Shown here: positions 58,607 to 64,000 of the stretch, one piece after another | How the letters are laid out: every line of letters starts with the position of its first letter | Position numbering within the stretch: the first letter of the stretch is position 1 | Assembly (NCBI GenBank): GCA_020201155.1 | Contig: JAIVHI010000167.1 | Location: forward strand, 5,688 to 69,687 | Source of the DNA: Loktanella sp. | GTDB taxonomy: Bacteria > Pseudomonadota > Alphaproteobacteria > Rhodobacterales > Rhodobacteraceae | DNA length: 64,000 nt | Direction of reading: 5' to 3' | Notes under the pieces: generated by a model | Database searches by the model: none | What the model was told of the DNA's origin: nothing | What the model saw: only the letters and a program-made list of their open reading frames with translations | Program-made: the position numbers and the translations under genes

Positions 58607-59346
58607 CTGTGCTCTGCCAGCCAGCGGTTGAAGGGCTTCAGCGCCTCCAGGTGCGCAGGCCTGGGGCGCCAGCCTTGGTCCGCAAGAAAATGGTCAAGGC
58701 TGTCGAGGGTGATGTCTTTGGGTAACTCGAGACTCGCGGCAGGGGCGAGCCGCCGCAGTACAGCTGGGTAATCGCGGGAGCCCTTCTGGCGCGGCGGCGT
58801 GGCGGCATCGGGTGGAAGCCCCGACTGATAGCCTTTCAGGTAGACAGCGTGATAGGCGAGTCCTAGGACATGCAGGCGCGGGGCGGGCACGGACCACGGG
58901 CCATGGCCGCGACGGCGGGTCTCGATAATCTCGGCGCCAATGGCCGGAGGAAAGCCGGGCAGGCCGTCCTCTAGGAGATCGGGCCGGAAACCGCCGCCAT
59001 GGGCTCCCGTCACCGAGAAGACGTCGATCTTTTTTCCACGCGGCCATTTTGAAAGCAGATTGCCTACAAAAGCCATGCTGTCGTCGGACACCAGTATGTC
59101 GACGTCATGACCGCGGCCGACGCGGGGCAGATCCTCGAACCAGCGCAGTACGACATGGGGCGTGCCCGCCTCGTGAAGCGCGCGAAAGAAGCCCTCGATT
59201 GCCAGTGCAGGTGGGATGTAGCGGTTGCCCCGCGGGTTGACCTGTCTCTCGGCCCATTGGCGCGTGTCCGGCCCGAGAACGGGCAGTACCGGCTCCAATA
59301 TCAGGCGAAGCGCCTGTCTCCAGCGACGTTTCAGGAGCTGTTTCAT
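58603..59346 (-). CDS. nucleotidyltransferase (NTase)-fold protein (uncharacterised NTase family-like)
   Basis: 247 aa. ..HVVLRWFEDLPRVGRGHDVDILVSDD.. resembles the hG..DhDhLV NTase motif. It starts 5 nt after the flippase stop. Confidence 0.5.
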   Translation of the reverse strand: MKQLLKRRWRQALRLILEPVLPVLGPDTRQWAERQVNPRGNRYIPPALAIEGFFRALHEAGTPHVVLRWFEDLPRVGRGHDVDILVSDDSMAFVGNLLSKWPRGKKIDVFSVTGAHGGGFRPDLLEDGLPGFPPAIGAEIIETRRRGHGPWSVPAPRLHVLGLAYHAVYLKGYQSGLPPDAATPPRQKGSRDYPAVLRRLAPAASLELPKDITLDSLDHFLADQGWRPRPAHLEALKPFNRWLAEHR

Positions 59347-59350
59347 TGGG

Positions 59351-60688
59351 TCACTCCCTTACCGACGGCACGCTTTGGCATGCCCAGAGGTCGGCGAACC
59401 GGCGTGGCCAGGCGATGGCCTTGAGTTGCATAATCGCGGGCTTTCTCAGCGACGGGACAAGTGGTGCGAGCAGGATCGGCGCAAGTGTGTAGGAGATGAC
59501 CGTTGCAATCGCAGCGCCCTCCGCCCCGTAGCGCGGGATGAGCAGGAGGTTCAGGAGTACGTTCGTCACGGCCCCCGTCGCATGGATCATCGCCGAAGCC
59601 CAAAAGATGCCCTCCACGAGCAACCACTTGTGGACGAGGGCGCGCGTAGCGAAAACGATTCCCACCCAAGCGTAGATCTGCAGCACACCCGCTGCGGGTG
59701 AGTATTCCGCGCCGAAGAGCAGCATCACCAGTGGCGCGGACCAGAAGGGCGAGGTCGCCGCAATCAGTGTGCCGAAGGCGGCGAAACTGTCCATGGCGTC
59801 CTGCACGCGAGCGGCGTAGTGGCTGGGCGAGCTCGCGCGCAGCTCCACCATGCGCGGAAAGAGGGCCATAGCGAGGGCGGTAGGCAGGACATACCACGCC
59901 TCCGACAGGCGCGCGGCCACGGCGTAGATACCCGTCGTCTCCTGCCCGACCATGTAGGAGAGCATCAGGATGTCGGACTTGAGGTAGATCACCGCCGAAA
60001 GCGCGCCCAACATCAGCGGGAACCCCTGGACGAGATAGCGCCTGACCCGCGACGCTTCGATCCGCAGGCCGGGCAAACCGCTGGTTCGGCGGCGGTAGGC
60101 CAAGAGTGCGCCGAGACCCGACACCGCACCCTGCGCAGCTTGGGCCAAAATGAAGGCATCGACGCCCATGTTTGCAAAGATCAACAAGATCTTCACGCCG
60201 GCAAAAACTGCCATGACGGCCACGGAGAAGATCACGAAGGGCTTCGGGTCCTGTTCCGCGATGAAATACTCTTGGATCGTGTCGATGGATTTTACCAGCG
60301 CGGCACTGGCGAGGATCGCGCAGAGGACCGCGATATTTTCGTGGGAGATCGGGTAGATCCACGCCACGGCGAAGACAATACAGACGGAGAAGATCGCGCC
60401 GGCGAAGCGGATCGCTGTGACGGTGCCGAGGATTGAGTTGGCCTCTTCCGGGTACATCTTGTATTCGCGTAAAGACAGGTTGCGCATCCCCAGCGTGTTT
60501 AACGGGGCTACTATAGCGACGAGCGAGACGGCATAGCTCAGCACCCCATAACCTTCGGGGCCAAGGTGGCGCGCGACGAAGATGGCTATGAGTAGCCCGT
60601 TGGCGAGCTTCGCGAGCTGTTTGGCAATGAGCCAGCCTCCGGACCGAAGAATCAGTCGACGCGGTGCGGAGAGAAACGACTGGTTCAT
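59351..60688 (-). CDS. polysaccharide flippase (Wzx/MOP family)
   Basis: About 445-aa, 12+ TM protein. ATG 60688 (MNQSFL..) or GTG 60712. Confidence 0.8.
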   Translation of the reverse strand: MNQSFLSAPRRLILRSGGWLIAKQLAKLANGLLIAIFVARHLGPEGYGVLSYAVSLVAIVAPLNTLGMRNLSLREYKMYPEEANSILGTVTAIRFAGAIFSVCIVFAVAWIYPISHENIAVLCAILASAALVKSIDTIQEYFIAEQDPKPFVIFSVAVMAVFAGVKILLIFANMGVDAFILAQAAQGAVSGLGALLAYRRRTSGLPGLRIEASRVRRYLVQGFPLMLGALSAVIYLKSDILMLSYMVGQETTGIYAVAARLSEAWYVLPTALAMALFPRMVELRASSPSHYAARVQDAMDSFAAFGTLIAATSPFWSAPLVMLLFGAEYSPAAGVLQIYAWVGIVFATRALVHKWLLVEGIFWASAMIHATGAVTNVLLNLLLIPRYGAEGAAIATVISYTLAPILLAPLVPSLRKPAIMQLKAIAWPRRFADLWACQSVPSVRE

Positions 60689-60909
60689 GAGGACGTGCTC
60701 GTCAGAGCGCACGAGGGCGCCATTTTACGACGAAGTTCGGGGTTCTCCTGTCTTGGGCGTATGCCCGGCCAGTTCAAGACAGGATTGGTCTTATTGCCAT
60801 TGCCTGAGGACATACGATCGTTTCTCTGGCTTAGTTGGCAGCAGTCCGGCATGGTGCCTCTGATGGTTCGGTGAGACGTGCTGCCGGAAGCAAGTGAAGG
60901 CGGAGGACT

Positions 60910-62028
60910 TTGCGCAAAATTGGGTTCTTCACGCTGACGCCGTCCCCACCCGCACCGCAGGCCAACGCACGCACGCTGGCCGCCTTGCGCAGAGCGCTTC
61001 CGGACAGCGAGATTGAAGTGATCGAGATCATTCCGCGACTGAGGCAAGCGCCAGTCTCCTTCGGAACGGCCGCAGTCGTTGCCACCGTCACTTATGCTCC
61101 GGACCTTCTCTACGGGCGCAAGTCGCTGAAACATGCCGCTATCCGCACACCCTATCTGTTTCGCTGGATTAAGCGGATGGCGGCCCGGGTTGCCCATGAG
61201 CGGGGTTTCGATGCCACCTTCCAGATGCAGTCTCTCTTCGATGCAAGTGTGACCGGCATTCCGCACTACGTCTATACGGATCATACTCATCTTGAGAACC
61301 GTAGATACGGCGCGGCCGACGAGGCTGCACTCTACTCGGCGGCATGGATGGCCTGCGAGCGGGAGATCTATACTAGGGCCGAAACTGTCTTTGTGCGCAG
61401 CAGTAATGTCGCGCGATCTCTGATCGACGAGTATTCTTGCCCACCGGATAGGGTGCTTTGCGTTTACGCGGGCAGCAACGCGCAGGTTCCCGCGGCGCCG
61501 GCGAAAGTGACCGCTCCGGGCCAATGCAAGACCATCCTGTTTGCCGGAATCGACTGGGAGAGAAAGGGCGGACCCGTTCTGCTCGAAGCCTTCGAAAGGG
61601 TTCTTGAGCGCCATCCCGAGGCTCGGCTGAGGATTGTTGGCTGCAACCCAGAGACCAAGCACATCGCCAATTGCGACATCGTGGGGCGGGTGCCGCTGGA
61701 CGAGATGCCGCGTCACTTTGCAGAATCTGGCATTTTCTGCCTTCCGACCCATCGCGAGCCCTTCGGCGTGGTTTTCGTCGAGGCGATGTGGCACGGACTT
61801 CCGGTAGTCGCCACGAGGGTAGGCGCTATTCCCGACATGGTCGTAGAGGAGGTGAACGGCGCTCTCATCACACCAGGCGATGTAACTGCGCTGGCCGATC
61901 GGTTGTGCGCGATCCTCGATAATCCGGCACTGGCGGCACGGTATGGTGCCGCTAGTCGTTTGATCGCAGAGGACCGCTATGATTGGGATCAGGTTGCCCG
62001 TCGGATGGTGGAGAGGTTGGTTCCCTGA
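60910..62028 (+). CDS. family 4 glycosyltransferase
   Basis: 372 aa, TTG start with GGCGGAGGA upstream. ..FAGIDWERKGGPVLLEAF.. ..PTHREPFGVVFVEAMWHGLPVVAT... Confidence 0.8.
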   Translation: MRKIGFFTLTPSPPAPQANARTLAALRRALPDSEIEVIEIIPRLRQAPVSFGTAAVVATVTYAPDLLYGRKSLKHAAIRTPYLFRWIKRMAARVAHERGFDATFQMQSLFDASVTGIPHYVYTDHTHLENRRYGAADEAALYSAAWMACEREIYTRAETVFVRSSNVARSLIDEYSCPPDRVLCVYAGSNAQVPAAPAKVTAPGQCKTILFAGIDWERKGGPVLLEAFERVLERHPEARLRIVGCNPETKHIANCDIVGRVPLDEMPRHFAESGIFCLPTHREPFGVVFVEAMWHGLPVVATRVGAIPDMVVEEVNGALITPGDVTALADRLCAILDNPALAARYGAASRLIAEDRYDWDQVARRMVERLVP

Positions 62029-62171
62029 GGCGTGCTTTGATGCGGTTTGACTGCCGGATTCTTTACAGTTGTCATTTTTCTGACGTGATGATGCTGCATA
62101 CTGAATATAGGTGATATCTTCTGATCGTCGGTTGTCGCTAAAAAGCGTCTTTGCCCGAAAGGTGACTTCAA

Positions 62172-62363
62172 ATGAAAACAACTTGGTCCATCGCGGCGGG
62201 GCTGGTCTTTGCCATTTGCGGGTCAATCGTCGGATGGATTGCATTCGGGTTCCTTGCGGCGGTCCTGCTCTACGTAATATGCGGTATGCTCGGCGTAATA
62301 GCATGGGTCCTAGTCGCGTTGATTCTGCAGCCCAGTCGCATGTATGTCGCGTTCGGTCAGTAA
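62172..62363 (+). CDS. small hydrophobic protein (2 TM)
   Basis: 63 aa (MKTTWSIAAGLVFAICGSIVGWIAFGFLAAVLLYVICGMLGVIAWVLVALIL..). Weak Shine-Dalgarno. No family recognised. Confidence 0.35.
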   Translation: MKTTWSIAAGLVFAICGSIVGWIAFGFLAAVLLYVICGMLGVIAWVLVALILQPSRMYVAFGQ

Positions 62364-62397
62364 AAACTTGTCTACAAAGCCAAAGCTACCTGAAGTG

Positions 62398-63081
62398 TTA
62401 TCGTCCGGAACCACGAAGAATGCTGACAACAGTCATTGCGATCAGACGAAGGTCGAACGCAAGCGACAGGTTGGACGCATAGAAGTCATCGAAAAACTTA
62501 CGGTCGATAAAGCTGGAAGTGTGTCTTTGGGAGACTTGCCAAGGTCCGGTGAGACCGGGCCGAAGGCCAAAATACAGCATCCCACCGGCCGCCTTGTAGG
62601 CGGGCTCCTGCGCCGTAGTGAAAGGACGCGGACCGACCACGCTCATGTCCCCACGCAGGACATTTATAAATTGTGGAAACTCGTCAAGGCTGGTGCGCCG
62701 CAGGATCCGTCCGATGGTCGTGATGCGGGGATCATCCGAGAGCTTCTGAAACCGAGCCCATTCCGCAGCGGCGCTTGGGTTCTTGGAAAGATGAAGGGTG
62801 AGCCGCTCCTCGGCGTTGGGAACCATAGTGCGGAGCTTCAGCATCGGGAAGCGGCAACCACCGCGCCCAACCCTTTCCTGCACATAAAAGGCTGGGCCGC
62901 CATCAAGTCGGACGAGGAGCGCCAGTAGGCCGACGAGTGGCAAGACGAAGGGCGCCACAAGAAGTACGAACGCGAGATCAAATATCCGTTTTGGCAGGCT
63001 TGTGTAAGCGTGAAGCCGCCGACCGCTTTTGGCGCCCGCCCGTGCAGAGGCCACCCTCTGTGTAAGGTCAGTCGTGTTCAT
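62398..63081 (-). CDS. undecaprenyl-phosphate sugar phosphotransferase (ExoY/WbaP C-terminal type priming enzyme)
   Basis: ..[19 protein letters not shown].. ..[17 protein letters not shown].. ..[21 protein letters not shown].. is the bacterial sugar transferase signature. ATG 63081 preferred over the track start at 63141. Confidence 0.88.
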   Translation of the reverse strand: MNTTDLTQRVASARAGAKSGRRLHAYTSLPKRIFDLAFVLLVAPFVLPLVGLLALLVRLDGGPAFYVQERVGRGGCRFPMLKLRTMVPNAEERLTLHLSKNPSAAAEWARFQKLSDDPRITTIGRILRRTSLDEFPQFINVLRGDMSVVGPRPFTTAQEPAYKAAGGMLYFGLRPGLTGPWQVSQRHTSSFIDRKFFDDFYASNLSLAFDLRLIAMTVVSILRGSGR

Positions 63082-63457
63082 TGTCTTCCCCCATAATCCA
63101 GAGCCGCTCAATGCGCCAAATGCTTGTAAACGATTAAGCAAGGCGACTTATCTTAAAGCAAGCTTTGCACGATTTTGACATTTTGTCGCCCAATTTCGGC
63201 CTATTAAATTCTGGGTGAGATAACTTTCTGAAAACAACCCATGGGAGAGTAAACTGCTTATTTCACAACAATCCGTCGTTATGTTCGGAACTGTTCGTCA
63301 AATGGAGACAATAAAGGTACTGACGACACTGCTTTTGTATTCAAGCCCTTTAGAACTTTCGTTAGGCGACACAATCCGACTAGCCATTTCTAAGTCGCTG
63401 ATTCGCTTGCGCGTCTGCCCTTGGTTCCGATGGGATAGAGAAGTGGTTCGGTTTGTC

Positions 63458-64000
63458 TGAACAGGTTCCGGGCGTTTTCTAAGTGGATTTCTGCCTTGTC
63501 TATGCCGCTACCGCTTCGGGCATCGGCTGGTTGAAGTACGCTTGATCCGGCGTTTTGCCGTCAAGCGATGAATGAGGGCGGCGGCTGTTCTAAAAGGTCA
63601 GATAGCGACCGATCCCTGCGCGGGTTCCCGAGACGCTTGTGTAGGCCCGCAGGTAGATCTCTTCGTATTTGATCGTCCTCCAGAGACGCTCCACGAAAAC
63701 ATTGTCGCGCCAAGCTCCTTTGCCATCCATGCTGATCTTGATCCTACGTGCGGCCAGCACCTTGATAAAGTCGGTCGATGTGAACTGGCTACCCTATCCG
63801 TGTTGAAGATCTCAGGGGCACCATGGCGCGCAAGCGCCTCCTCCACTGCTTCAATGCAAAAATCCGCTTCCAGCGTGATCGATACTCGCCAGGCCAAGAC
63901 ACGGCGGGTAAACCAGTCCGGCACAGCGGCAAGGTAGATGAACCCGCGGGCCATGGGTCTGTAGGTGATGTCCATAGCCCAGACCTGGTTGGGCCGGGTG
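63458..64000 (-). mobile_element. IS3-family element right end with decayed orfB (rve integrase); continues past the window end
   Basis: ..DITYRPMARGFIYLAAVPDWFTRRVLAWRVSITLEADFCIEAVEEALARHGAPEIFNTD then a 1-nt deletion. The other frame reads GSQFTSTDFIKVLAARRIKISMDGKGAWRDNVFVERLWRTIKYEEIYLRAY..RYLTF*NSRRPHSSLDGKTPDQAYF (in-frame TAG). The coding part ends at 63500. The terminus near 63458 (TGAACAGG..) is tentative. Confidence 0.8.

Overview
High-GC alphaproteobacterial DNA (Rhodobacteraceae-like) in two parts. All calls come from reading the sequence and the ORF track by eye; no searches were run, so start codons and family names are judgement calls.

(1) Positions ~700-45086 hold a complete Rhodobacter-type photosynthesis gene cluster (PGC). 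Gene order is cycA-hemA-puhE-acsF-(bciE-like)-puhCBA-lhaA-bchMLHBNF (minus), ppaA-ppsR-bchG-pucC-like-bchP-idi (plus), dxs-pufXMLABQ-bchZYXC-crtFE (minus), crtDC (plus), tspO-crtBI (minus) and crtA-bchIDO (plus). Perfect PpsR/CrtJ boxes (TGT-N12-ACA) sit in five intergenic regions: bchF/ppaA, ppsR/bchG, crtF/bchC, crtE/crtD and crtI/crtA. The cluster has acsF and pufX, but no bchE, bchJ, pufC or pucBA in this window.

(2) Positions ~45.1-64 kb start with a truncated IS3-family orfA remnant right after bchO. A lower-GC, mosaic ~18-kb polysaccharide (EPS/capsule-type) island follows: ugd, an epimerase, an ExoP-like co-polymerase, a Wzy-like protein, a Wzx-like flippase, four glycosyltransferases (one broken) and a priming sugar transferase. 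The window ends in a decayed IS3-family orfB.

Main hunt results:
- Two convergent, paralogous nucleotidyltransferase (NTase)-like + Kdo/WaaP-kinase-like modules lie inside the island. Both are interrupted at the same domain junction.
- A ~45-50 nt GC-rich hairpin repeat occurs three times inside the bch operons, once in-frame within bchB.
- crtD and crtC overlap by at least ~100 nt. The conserved CrtC N-terminus has no canonical start codon nearby.
- The pufX-dxs spacer is structured, and a perfect 22-bp palindrome sits in a divergent glycosyltransferase promoter.

I recognised no tRNA, rRNA or CRISPR array.
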